A stretch of DNA of 64,000 nucleotides from an uncultured Chloroflexia bacterium (GTDB taxonomy: Bacteria > Chloroflexota > Limnocylindria > Limnocylindrales > CSP1-4). Shown piece after piece: positions 38,460 to 47,582 of the stretch (its first letter is position 1; each line of letters begins with the position of its first letter). The stretch spans positions 1,216,001 to 1,280,000 of the forward strand of contig CAVVJT010000010.1 in assembly GCA_963748625.1 (NCBI GenBank). The letters are read 5' to 3'. A model generated the notes under the pieces. It did not search any database and was not told where the DNA came from. It saw only the letters and a program-made list of their open reading frames with translations. The translations under genes were made by a program, and so were the position numbers.

Positions 38460-39186
38460 TCACCGGCCCCACGTGAGGGGCTCGAGGAACCACACGAAGT
38501 CGTCGAGGGACGTCTTCTCCAGGTCCGGGCTTCCGGGCGGCGGCGTGATCTGCTTCGCGATGAGGCCGATGCCGTTACGGACGGTCGTCGCCTCGTAGAC
38601 GCGGAGTCCCTGGCAGGCGAATGTCATGACCCTCGCGGGCGAGCCGTCGATCTCGAAGTCACGCGTGTCGGTGGACTCCTCGGAGCAGCCGTGCTCGCGC
38701 ACGGCCTTGGTGTGGACGGCCGCCGCGTAGGCGTCGAGGTCAAGCCCGGTGGGCGAGGAGAGGATGAAGGCCAGGCGCTGCCCCGTGCGCGGGAACTGGT
38801 CGACCATCGGGCCGGTTCGAGCCGATGGCCGACGTGCCGTCCCAGGCGACCGTTGCGGGCGTGACGCCGGTGACCTGCGAGCCGCTGGGCAGGTCGATCG
38901 TGTAGCCGTACAGCGGCGACTCGAACACGCCGGGAACCGCGGCAGGCGTCGCGGCAGCGGGCGTGGCCGGCGCCTGCGTGACGGGTGTGGGCGCCTGCGT
39001 GACGGGTGTGGTCGGCCCGGTGGTGGCGGTGGGTGCGGCGGTGCTGACCACCGCCGTGACGGGCGCCTGCGTGACGGGCGCGGCCGCCGCGCCGGTACAG
39101 GCCGCAAGCGCGATCGCGATGGTGCCGAGCGTGACGCTTGTGAGCAGGCGTCGGCCCGGCGTGGACCGGTTTCGGGCATGGCGCAT
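38460..39186 (-). pseudogene. Lipoprotein interrupted by a +1 frameshift near 38816
   Basis: N-part (LAAC...SPLYGYT...AWDGTSAIGS) continues in another frame as GPMVDQFP...GC...IDGSPAR...LTWGR; span 727 nt = 3n+1. Confidence 0.7.
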
Positions 39187-39275
39187 CCAGGGACCTCCGA
39201 TCTGGGATCGATGAGCAGGGACTGGGGTGTGTGCGGTGGGTCGTCCGTCAAGGGACGGTGACGGCGGGCCTCACC

Positions 39276-40121
39276 TCATGGCGTCCACCGGAACGCCCCC
39301 AGGTAGCCGAGCAGGCGGTCGATCTCGTCAGCGGCGACGAGCGCCTCGCCGGAGTCCGGCTTGGCCATCGAGATGATGAGGCCCTGCCCGTCGTGGACCG
39401 CGTAGACACGCACGTGGAGATCCGAGACCCCGCCGCTTGGGCACGTGAACGTGTGGAGGCGTGCGGGAACCCCGTCAAGCACGATGTCCCTCGTGACGTC
39501 AGGCTCCACCGGGCATCCGCGCCACCCTGACGTCTGGCGCCGCATGTCCGCCGCGAATGCCTCGAGCCCCAGGTCGGTGGTAGTCCCGAACGCCCAGACG
39601 AGCCGGTCCGCCGTCCCCGGCTCGCCCTTCAGCTGGATCCAGTCGGTGCAGGGTTCCTGGACGATGCACGCCCCCCGGCCGCTCCAGGCGATCGTCCCCG
39701 GGTCCGGCGCGCCGTACACCTCGTCCGCAGGGAACGGCCACGTGTACCCGTACAGCAGGGACACGAGCGTCGGACTGGCCACCGGGGTGGGCGAGGGCGA
39801 GGGGCTCGCGGTGGGTGCTGCCGTCGGGGACGGCGATGACGAGGCGACCGGGCCGGGCCCCCCGACCGATGGCCCGGTACGCCCGACACCAACCAGCCCG
39901 ACTCCGGCCACGGCGACCGCCACCACCGCGACGGCGCTGGTCGTCATCGCCCCGGCGCGGACCAGCCGGGGGAGCCGCGCCCAGCGGCTGCGCAGGCCGC
40001 GGTGCTGGGCAGTCCGGCGGACCTCCACCACGACGCCGGTCAGGACGTCGTCGCGCAAGGTCTCGGGTCCCTCGCTCATCCACGCCGTGAACAGGCGATC
40101 GGGATCGCGCGGGCTGGTCAT
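39276..40121 (-). CDS. Putative anti-sigma factor (bitopic membrane protein)
   Basis: ATGA overlap with ECF sigma; short cytoplasmic N-terminus (AWMSEGP...RTAQHR), TM, extracytoplasmic domain. Confidence 0.7.
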   Translation of the reverse strand: MTSPRDPDRLFTAWMSEGPETLRDDVLTGVVVEVRRTAQHRGLRSRWARLPRLVRAGAMTTSAVAVVAVAVAGVGLVGVGRTGPSVGGPGPVASSSPSPTAAPTASPSPSPTPVASPTLVSLLYGYTWPFPADEVYGAPDPGTIAWSGRGACIVQEPCTDWIQLKGEPGTADRLVWAFGTTTDLGLEAFAADMRRQTSGWRGCPVEPDVTRDIVLDGVPARLHTFTCPSGGVSDLHVRVYAVHDGQGLIISMAKPDSGEALVAADEIDRLLGYLGAFRWTP

Positions 40122-40672
40122 GCGGATCGCTCCTTCGCGGCAGCACCGCGGGAATCGGCGTCGAGGGCGGCCCGCAGGGCCGTCGTCGCGTAGCGGAGCC
40201 GGGACTTGGCGGTCCCGAGGGGGATGTCGAGGCGTTCGGCGACCTCAGGAATGCTCAGCCCGAGGTAGTGGTGGAAGACGAGCACCGCCCGCTGCTCCGG
40301 TGGCAGGCGCCGGAAGCCGCGCTCCAGTTGGTCGCGGTCATCGACCGTCACCGTCGCATCCGGACCGGCCGGGCCACGCTCGAGGTCGACGACCTTGACG
40401 TCGACGAGCCAGCGCTTCGCCCGGCGGGCCTCCGCGTAGCAGGCATGGACCAGGAGGCGGTGCAGCCAGGCCTCGAAACGGTCCGGGTCCCGGAGGTTCG
40501 GGAGCTCGCGCCAGGCGTTGACCAACGCGACCTGCACCGCATCCTCCGCCCGGCTGGTGTCGCGCAGGATCCGGTACGCGATCGCCAGGCAGCGGTCGCC
40601 AACCAGCCCGGCGAGGGTCGTGAACGCCTCGTCGTCGCCGTTCCGCGCCTGCTCCACCAGGGACCGCACCAC
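40118..40672 (-). CDS. ECF RNA polymerase sigma factor
   Basis: AEDAVQ...AWR...FEAWLHR (region 2); LPPEQRAVL...EVAERLDIPLGTAKSRL (region 4). Confidence 0.92.
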   Translation of the reverse strand: MVRSLVEQARNGDDEAFTTLAGLVGDRCLAIAYRILRDTSRAEDAVQVALVNAWRELPNLRDPDRFEAWLHRLLVHACYAEARRAKRWLVDVKVVDLERGPAGPDATVTVDDRDQLERGFRRLPPEQRAVLVFHHYLGLSIPEVAERLDIPLGTAKSRLRYATTALRAALDADSRGAAAKERSA

Positions 40673-41079
40673 CCGCGAGCGCCTCCGCTGACCGTTGGGG
40701 CCTCGTATCGGGGGCCCGTTGCCACCTATGAGTGTCCGATGGGCCCGCGCGGATCTATCTTCGTTACGGCGACCGCCATCCGCAGGTTCGCCGCCCGGAG
40801 TTGAGCGTTGGCGTTGGGGGTGTGACGCCGTGGTAGGGTCCGCGGATGGATGCCCAACCGCTGCCGGAGCGCGGCACGACGGGGCCGACTCTCGGGCACG
40901 AGGTCCACTGCGTCACGGACGGCCCCGGTGTCCGCGATCACATCCTCACGGCCTCGGCGGGCTTCGGGTCGGCGGGAATGGGTCGACGCGGTGATGACCG
41001 AGGCACTGGCGGGCACCCTGAGGACGTCTGAGGCCGCGCGCCGACCCCGGAGGAGCAACCTGGCGAGTGGCGGCGGGCG

Positions 41080-41559
41080 TCAGCGCCCGGCCGTGGCCGC
41101 CACCCGCTCGACGGGGAACTCGACGACCGTCCGGATCTGCTCCGGTGGCGTGGCCGGGTCGCTCAGGTAGACCTCCCGCGGGGCGCCGGCGACCGTCATC
41201 CCGTGCTCGGGGATCCAGCGCGCCAGGTCGCCGTAGGCGGCCCCAATGCCGTCGTACGGACCGATGTGCACGAGTGAGGCGAACGTCCCTGACGGCAGCT
41301 CCTCGACGGCCCAGCCCGCCGGGGGGACCACCGCGTGGAGGACCGGAGCGCAGACCTCGATCTCGAACGGCCGGTCGCCCTCGGGCATGCCGTGGTAGAT
41401 CACGAACGGCGGTCCGGCGGGCGCCAGGCTGCCGATGCTTCCGTACACCTCCCCGAACGCCGCGCCCAGCACCCTGCCGATCTCGGGCAGGGTGACCGCC
41501 GTCCGCTTGGCCACCACGAGGGTCGCCTCGCGCTCGCGGACCATCACCTCGCCGTCCAT
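41080..41559 (-). CDS. GyrI-like small-molecule-binding protein
   Basis: GPPFVIYH, HIGPYDGI..AY, REVYLSDP; GGAGG RBS. Confidence 0.85.
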   Translation of the reverse strand: MDGEVMVREREATLVVAKRTAVTLPEIGRVLGAAFGEVYGSIGSLAPAGPPFVIYHGMPEGDRPFEIEVCAPVLHAVVPPAGWAVEELPSGTFASLVHIGPYDGIGAAYGDLARWIPEHGMTVAGAPREVYLSDPATPPEQIRTVVEFPVERVAATAGR

Positions 41560-41715
41560 ACCGTGCCTCCTCGATTCGAGCCCGGTGGCCGGTCCGCCCG
41601 GACCGACGGTCGAGCCTGACGGCCGGCAGTGGCGAATGTCAGTGCCGATCGATCTGGAATCCGACGCCGGCTGGCGCGAGTCAGGGTCTCGATCGACCCG
41701 CCGATGCGGGTGGCG

Positions 41716-42474
41716 TCAGGCCTCGGGCTCCACCAGCTCCAGGCGGATGCGCTTGTTGATGCGGCCCTTCGACTCGTAGCCGGTGACCCGGATCGCGCCC
41801 ACCTCGCGCGTGTTGCCCACGTGCGTACCCCCGTCAGCCTGCAAGTCAAGCCCGACGATTTCCACGGTGCGAATCTGCTCGATCCCAGGCGGCAGAAGGT
41901 TGACCTTCGTGCGGATCAGGTCAGGAATGGCGAAGGCCAGGTCGCGCGGCAGCACCTGCACCCGGATGTCCCGGGCAAGCCGCAGCTCCTCGTTGACCTT
42001 GGCCTCGATCGCCCCCACGAGCTCGCCCGACATCGTCTCGAACTCGAAGTCCATCCGCCCGGCCCCGGGCTCCATGTTGCCGCCGGTGACCGACGCGCCA
42101 TAGTCCCGCCAGACCACGCCGCACAGGGCATGGAGCGCCGTGTGCGTCCGCATCAACGCGTACCGGCGCGCCCACTCGAGGTCCGCCTCCACCAGGTCGC
42201 CGGCGCGCGGCAGCTCGCCATCGACGGGGACCTCGAGCTCGTGGACGATCTCCCCGCCCAGGCGGCGCGCGGCGCGAACGGTCCATGTCCGCCCGTCCGA
42301 GCCTCGCAGGATCATGCCCCGGTCGGAGGGCTGGCCACCGCCACCGGGATAGAACTGCGTGGTGTCCAGGACCACGAGGGGCGGCCCGCCCGCCGCCGTC
42401 ACCTCAAGGATGCGTGCCGGGACGTGGCGCAGGTAGGCGTCCCGGTAGCAGACCTCGTCGACGCGCGGCGTCAT
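41716..42474 (-). CDS. alaX: Alanyl-tRNA editing protein AlaX
   Basis: FYPGGGGQPSD, MRTHTALH, DLQADGGTHV. Confidence 0.88.
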   Translation of the reverse strand: MTPRVDEVCYRDAYLRHVPARILEVTAAGGPPLVVLDTTQFYPGGGGQPSDRGMILRGSDGRTWTVRAARRLGGEIVHELEVPVDGELPRAGDLVEADLEWARRYALMRTHTALHALCGVVWRDYGASVTGGNMEPGAGRMDFEFETMSGELVGAIEAKVNEELRLARDIRVQVLPRDLAFAIPDLIRTKVNLLPPGIEQIRTVEIVGLDLQADGGTHVGNTREVGAIRVTGYESKGRINKRIRLELVEPEA

Positions 42475-42484
42475 GGCGTGTGCG

Positions 42485-42964
42485 TCAGCCGCCGACCTTG
42501 AGGTTCCCGACCATGTTCGGGTGGACCGTGCACACAAAGGCGTAGTCGCCCGCGGCCAGGGCGTTCACCTGGTACTGGGTGACGATCGGCCCGGTGACGA
42601 GATCGCCCTTCCAGACCGACATGTTCATCGAGTCCTTGATCTCGACGTTGTGCGGGATACCGGCGTCCTGGTTGTCGAACTCGATGACGAAGTCGGCGTC
42701 CGCGGGGGCCGTGAGCTCGATCGGGTCGAACGCGATGTTGGCCGCGACGAGCTTCAAGGCCCCGGCGGTGTTGCCACCGTCGGTGGGCACCTCGGTCTCG
42801 CCGGCGGGCACCGGGGTGGGCTCACCCGTGGCCGACGACGGGGCGGGCGTCACGGCCGGGGCCGGCGTGGGCGGCGCGAACGTCCAGCCGGGTGCGGACG
42901 ACGAGCAGGCGGCGAGGAGCAAGGCGCTGGCGGCCAGGGCCAGGGCGGGGATGGGGCGACGCAT
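42485..42964 (-). CDS. Cupredoxin/plastocyanin-like lipoprotein
   Basis: Lipobox LAAC; PHNV, FVCTVHPNM. Confidence 0.85.
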   Translation of the reverse strand: MRRPIPALALAASALLLAACSSSAPGWTFAPPTPAPAVTPAPSSATGEPTPVPAGETEVPTDGGNTAGALKLVAANIAFDPIELTAPADADFVIEFDNQDAGIPHNVEIKDSMNMSVWKGDLVTGPIVTQYQVNALAAGDYAFVCTVHPNMVGNLKVGG

Positions 42965-43268
42965 GGAGACCTCAGGAGAAAAGCAGAGTTGACCGGTCAG
43001 GATTGCGGAGAATCTACCGAATGATCGTGGCACGTGTCGCCGGACGTGCTCCGGGCACATCGTCCAGGGCCGATCGGACGTGTCTCGGGTAGCCAGCGCC
43101 GGCGGCGCGGTGGGTGGGCAGCGCCGGCGGCGCCGTGCTGACTCCGGTGGGAGTCGAGGACGGGGCCGCCATGCAGGGCGCGTGCACGCAAGTCGGGGTT
43201 ACGTGCGCGGCCGCTGCTCAGGCCAGGCGCCGGTGACTCGGAGCGGAGTCAGGGATCTCCGACAAGGG

Positions 43269-46200
43269 CTACCGGCCCCTCCCGTGGCCGGCCGTCTCAA
43301 GCCCCAGGCGGATCGCCACGGCCGCGGCCTCGACGCGCCCCGACACCCCGAGTTTGGACAGGATGTTGCCGACGTGCACGCCAACCGTCTTCTGGCTGAT
43401 GAAGAGCCGGTCGCCGATCTCACGGTTCGTGCGGCCCTGGGCGATCAGGCCCAGGACCTCCAGCTCCCGCTTCGAGAGGCCGAACGTGTCACCACCGGGT
43501 CGCGGAGCCGGGACAGGCGCGAGCTGGGAGAGCCCGACGTTGGCGTCGGAGACCGGGCCGGGCGTGACCTGGGCCCGCGGTCCGGCCGGCGCGGCAGCGG
43601 GCTCGCCCAGGACCACGTCCACGTCGAGGGGCAGGGGGATCATCGCCCGGGTCGCCAGCTCGCGGAGACGCCGCAGGAGCGGCCGCGCGCGGAGGTCCAG
43701 GGCGAGCGCCACGGCGGCGAGCAGGGGTTCGCGGGCGTCGGCTCGGACCAGGCGCGCATCGGTTCGATCGCGAGCGCCGCCGGGCCCGGCGATGGCACCG
43801 CTCAGGATCGCCTCGGCCTGGTGCCAGCGGGCGCGCGCCTCCCGGTATGGATCGCCGATGCGCTGCCAACGCTGGGCGAGGTCATCCCAGCGTGCTGGAT
43901 CGTCGCGGCCGGTGAGGCGGGCGTGGAACGCGCGGGCCTGTGCGAGGCTGGCCTCGGGTTCGGCCGTACCGCTTCCGCCGTCCGAGCGGGCTCGGGCGAC
44001 CGCCGCCTCGGCCTCGGCCAGGATGCGCCCGGCGCGCTCGCGCGAGGCCGCCACGTCGCCGATCCGACGCCGCTCCAGGGCCTCGGCAACCAGCGCCGCC
44101 TCCACCTCGAGGACCGTGGCCGCCATCCGCGCCACCAGCACCCAGTCCTCCGTGCCGCGCAGGCGGGCCCAGCCGCGCTCGGCCGCCCGACGCGCATCGG
44201 CAAGATCACCCGACCACAGCGCGTACGAGACCGTCGCCTGGTAGGCCGGGATGGCGAACTGCAGGTCGCCCCCGGTCTCGAGCTCCACCAGGATCCGCCC
44301 GAGCAGGCGGCCCGCCTCCTCGCCCGCCTCGGACTCGATCTCCACGAGGACGAGATTCAGGATGGCGTTGACGAACGTGATGCCGGCAGGGCTCCAGTCC
44401 AGCGCGCGCAGGCACAGCTCGCGGGCCTCCGACCACCGGCCGACATCCACCAGGATCCCGGCCACGTTGCCGCCCAGGAGGTTGCCGTACACCGCGTCCA
44501 GGTCGAGTGCCCGGGCCTCGTCCATCGCCGCAAACGTCGTCTCCACCGCTTCGCCGGGCCGGCCGAGCAATTCGAGGATGACCGCCGAGTTCGCGATCGC
44601 CCGCCACCACTCCTCCACCAGTCCCGCCGCCCGGGCGCGCTCCACGGCCTCCCGCAGGAGCGGCAGCGCGCCCTCGGGATCGTCCCCCCAGCCGCGGACC
44701 ACCGCGAGCGTCGTCATCGCGTGGATCGCCTCGGGCTCCGCCTCGTCGCCCAGCGCGGCGGCAACCCCCAGGGCCGCCTCAGCGGACAGGGCCGCATCGG
44801 AGAAGGCGCCCGCGATCATCCGCTCCTGCGCCAGCAGCGCGAGGATGCGGGCCCGGTCCACCGTGGGTTCGGACGGCGCCGCATCCACGGCGCGCCGGAG
44901 GGCCGCGGTGGCGCCCGCGACGTCCCCGCCGGCCAGGCGGTACCGCCCGAGACGGGCTTCGAGGACCGCGCGCGCAAGACGGTCCGACCGCTCGCCCAGC
45001 GACCCCAGCGCGCTCTCCGCGTAGGCCACCGCGCGGGTGGGCCGCATCGCGGCATACGCAGCCTCCGCCGCGAGCGCGGCAAGGGACGCCTGGGAGTCGC
45101 CCGCTGCGGCGTCGTCCGTCGCGGCATCGCCGGCCGCGTCGTCCGCGCCCGCAGGCAGGGCCCCCTCGAAAGCCAGGACCGGCAGATCCAGCCCTCGCTC
45201 GAAGGCGGCAAGGGCGTCCTGCGGCGCCTCGCGGGCCATGGCGAGCCGGCCGGCAGCAATGGCGGCCCGCCGGGCCTCGGTGAGCCGGTGGGCGCTCCGC
45301 CAGTAGGCCGCCGCCACGGACGGCGTGTCCTCGAAGGCCTTCGCGAGCGCCGCCCGGTAGCGCGGCCGCTGCGACGGGAGGAGGTCGGCGACGATGGCGC
45401 GGGCAACCAGCTCGTGGCGGATGAAGAGCCGGTCCCGGTCGTCGGGCCGGACGAAGCCGTGCTCGAGTGCCTCGGCGAGGCCTGCCGCGAGATCGGGGTC
45501 CAGGCCGTCCACCGCCCGGCGGGGCGCGGACGTCGAGCGTGGTGCCTGGCGCACCCCGGTGGCCGATGACTCGAACGCCGCCGAGGCGAGGGCGATCTGT
45601 GAGCGGTCCATCGGCCGCTCGGCGGGGGCGAGCAGGCGGAGCAGCCGCCGGCACTCCGGTGAGCGGCGGCCCAGCCGTGCGGCGGCGAGGTCCGCCAGGG
45701 TCCCGGTGAGCGTGGCGTTGCGCAGCTCGCGGCGGGCTGCCACCAGCTCCTCGACCACCAGCGGCACCCCTGCCGACCGTTCGGCCACCAGCACCACGAT
45801 GGACGCCGATGGCCGCTCGCCTTCGATGCCCTCGATGAGCGCGGCGATCTCGCCCCGGGACAGCGGCTGGAGCGTGATGTGGACCGGCGGCCGGAGCCCC
45901 GCCTCGATCACGGCCAGGCTCTCGCGCAGCGCGTGCTCGCGGGTGAGACGGTCAGGCTGGTAGGTGAGCACGAGCGTGATCCGCTCGGCGCGGGCGAGAC
46001 GGGCGAGGAAGGTCGCGAAGGCACGGGTGGCCGCATCGGCGACGTGGAGATCCTCGAGGACCAGGACGATCGGCCGCTCCGCGGCGACGCGGCCGAGCCA
46101 GCGCAGCAGTGACTCCAGGGCGCGCGGCTGACGTCGCTCCGGGTCGGCGAGGGCGCTCGAGTGCGTGGATGGCTCGCGAGCTGCGAGGGCGGCCATCGCA

Positions 46201-46538
46201 GGCAGGGCGGAGAGGACCGGGCGCGCATCGCGGCGGAGGAGCGCGGCCACCTCGTCACGGGGACGGGCGGCCAGGAGGGGCTCGAGGGCATCGAGGACGG
46301 CCGCCCACGGCGGGTCGACAGGCCCGTGGGCGCGACCCCGCAGGACGAGCGGGGCATCGGCTCCGGCGGCGACGCGGTCGAACGCCTCGTCAAGGAAGCG
46401 CGTCACGCCGATTCCGGCGCTGCCGGCGACAAGGACGGTGGTGGCCGCACCCGAGGCCGATGCAGCGAACGCGGACGCGATGCGCCCGAGCTCGGCCTCC
46501 CGCCCGATGTAGCTTCGGCTGACGACACGGCCTGGCAT
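43269..46538 (-). CDS. Large ATP-binding LuxR (LAL/MalT-like) regulator
   Basis: YIGREAEL, GSAGIGVT, LVLEDLH, TPR-like helices, LSKRELEVL...ISQKTVGVHVGNILSKL. Confidence 0.88.
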   Translation of the reverse strand: MPGRVVSRSYIGREAELGRIASAFAASASGAATTVLVAGSAGIGVTRFLDEAFDRVAAGADAPLVLRGRAHGPVDPPWAAVLDALEPLLAARPRDEVAALLRRDARPVLSALPAMAALAAREPSTHSSALADPERRQPRALESLLRWLGRVAAERPIVLVLEDLHVADAATRAFATFLARLARAERITLVLTYQPDRLTREHALRESLAVIEAGLRPPVHITLQPLSRGEIAALIEGIEGERPSASIVVLVAERSAGVPLVVEELVAARRELRNATLTGTLADLAAARLGRRSPECRRLLRLLAPAERPMDRSQIALASAAFESSATGVRQAPRSTSAPRRAVDGLDPDLAAGLAEALEHGFVRPDDRDRLFIRHELVARAIVADLLPSQRPRYRAALAKAFEDTPSVAAAYWRSAHRLTEARRAAIAAGRLAMAREAPQDALAAFERGLDLPVLAFEGALPAGADDAAGDAATDDAAAGDSQASLAALAAEAAYAAMRPTRAVAYAESALGSLGERSDRLARAVLEARLGRYRLAGGDVAGATAALRRAVDAAPSEPTVDRARILALLAQERMIAGAFSDAALSAEAALGVAAALGDEAEPEAIHAMTTLAVVRGWGDDPEGALPLLREAVERARAAGLVEEWWRAIANSAVILELLGRPGEAVETTFAAMDEARALDLDAVYGNLLGGNVAGILVDVGRWSEARELCLRALDWSPAGITFVNAILNLVLVEIESEAGEEAGRLLGRILVELETGGDLQFAIPAYQATVSYALWSGDLADARRAAERGWARLRGTEDWVLVARMAATVLEVEAALVAEALERRRIGDVAASRERAGRILAEAEAAVARARSDGGSGTAEPEASLAQARAFHARLTGRDDPARWDDLAQRWQRIGDPYREARARWHQAEAILSGAIAGPGGARDRTDARLVRADAREPLLAAVALALDLRARPLLRRLRELATRAMIPLPLDVDVVLGEPAAAPAGPRAQVTPGPVSDANVGLSQLAPVPAPRPGGDTFGLSKRELEVLGLIAQGRTNREIGDRLFISQKTVGVHVGNILSKLGVSGRVEAAAVAIRLGLETAGHGRGR

Positions 46539-46622
46539 CTTCGCATTGTAGGAGCGTCCCGGGCCTCCTTCGGTGGTTGTCCCGTTCCCCGCCGAGACCG
46601 GCGCGCCCGGTACGCTGCCCGG

Positions 46623-47582
46623 GTGCAGCCACGCCGCCCGCCCCACCCCGCCAACGACCTGAACGAGCTGCCCGGCGAGGAGTGGCTCTACTTCACCAAG
46701 TCCGTGTGGACGTCGGCCTATCCGTCGGAGCTGGGGCACGCCCGGCGCAAGGCGCACGGGGCCAACAAGCCGCCGCGGCTCATGGCGCGCCTGGTCGAGT
46801 TCTTCACGAAGTCCGGCGAGCTGGTGCTCGATCCGTTCGCGGGCGTCGGTGGGACCCTGCTGGGCGCGGCGATCGCCCGGGGGCCGCGGCGGGCCATCGG
46901 CCTGGAGCTTGACCCCCGGTGGGCCACCGTCTACCACGAGACGGTGGCGGCGCTCGCTGCCGAGAACGACGGGCGCGGGCCGGTGATCGTGGACCTGGGT
47001 CCCAACGACCCGGGTGGCGAGCGCACCTTCGACCCGTCCGGATGCGAGCTCCGCGAGGGCGACGCACGTGTCCTGCTGCGGGCCATCCCAGACGCGTCGG
47101 TTGACTTCGTCGCCACCGATCCGCCCTACAACGTCCAGCTGCGCATGACGATGGCCGGCGGCAAGCTCGCCGAGACCCATCAAAACCGCCGAACGGACTA
47201 CTCGATGGTCTCGGACCTGCCGGGCGATCTCGCCAACCTGCCGGACTACCCGGCGTACCTCGACGCGATGGCGGAGATCCTCGGTGAGGTGCACCGGGTG
47301 CTCCGGCCGGGCCGGTACGCCGCGCTGATCGTGCGCGACGCCTACCAGGGCGGCCGCTACCTGTTCACTGCTGCAGACCTGGCCGCACGGGCCGATGCCG
47401 CCGGGCTCGTGCCCAAGGGCGACATCGCGTGGTACCAGGCCGGCACGAGGCTGCGGCCGTACGGGTACCCGCGCGTCTTCGTGCCGAACATCGCCCACCA
47501 GCACATCGTGATCCTGCGCAAGCCGCCGGAGGCACGGCGCCCGACGTCGCGCCGTCCGACGTCGCCCCGGGAGGAGTCCTAG
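46623..47582 (+). CDS. Orphan N4/N6 DNA methyltransferase (permuted motif order)
   Basis: [10 protein letters not shown]...[11 protein letters not shown] (motif I) precedes DFVATDPPY (motif IV), HRVLRPG. Confidence 0.8.
   Translation: MQPRRPPHPANDLNELPGEEWLYFTKSVWTSAYPSELGHARRKAHGANKPPRLMARLVEFFTKSGELVLDPFAGVGGTLLGAAIARGPRRAIGLELDPRWATVYHETVAALAAENDGRGPVIVDLGPNDPGGERTFDPSGCELREGDARVLLRAIPDASVDFVATDPPYNVQLRMTMAGGKLAETHQNRRTDYSMVSDLPGDLANLPDYPAYLDAMAEILGEVHRVLRPGRYAALIVRDAYQGGRYLFTAADLAARADAAGLVPKGDIAWYQAGTRLRPYGYPRVFVPNIAHQHIVILRKPPEARRPTSRRPTSPREES

Noticed and set aside
40690-41075. Possible small gene or remnant between the ECF sigma and GyrI-like genes
   Set aside because: ORFs lack an RBS, motifs and a convincing composition.
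43080-45569. Long 829-aa plus-strand ORF and similar long antisense ORFs (e.g. 53203-55644, 3757-5949, 20167-22062)
   Set aside because: Shadow ORFs opposite well-supported genes, expected at very high GC; no recognisable motifs.
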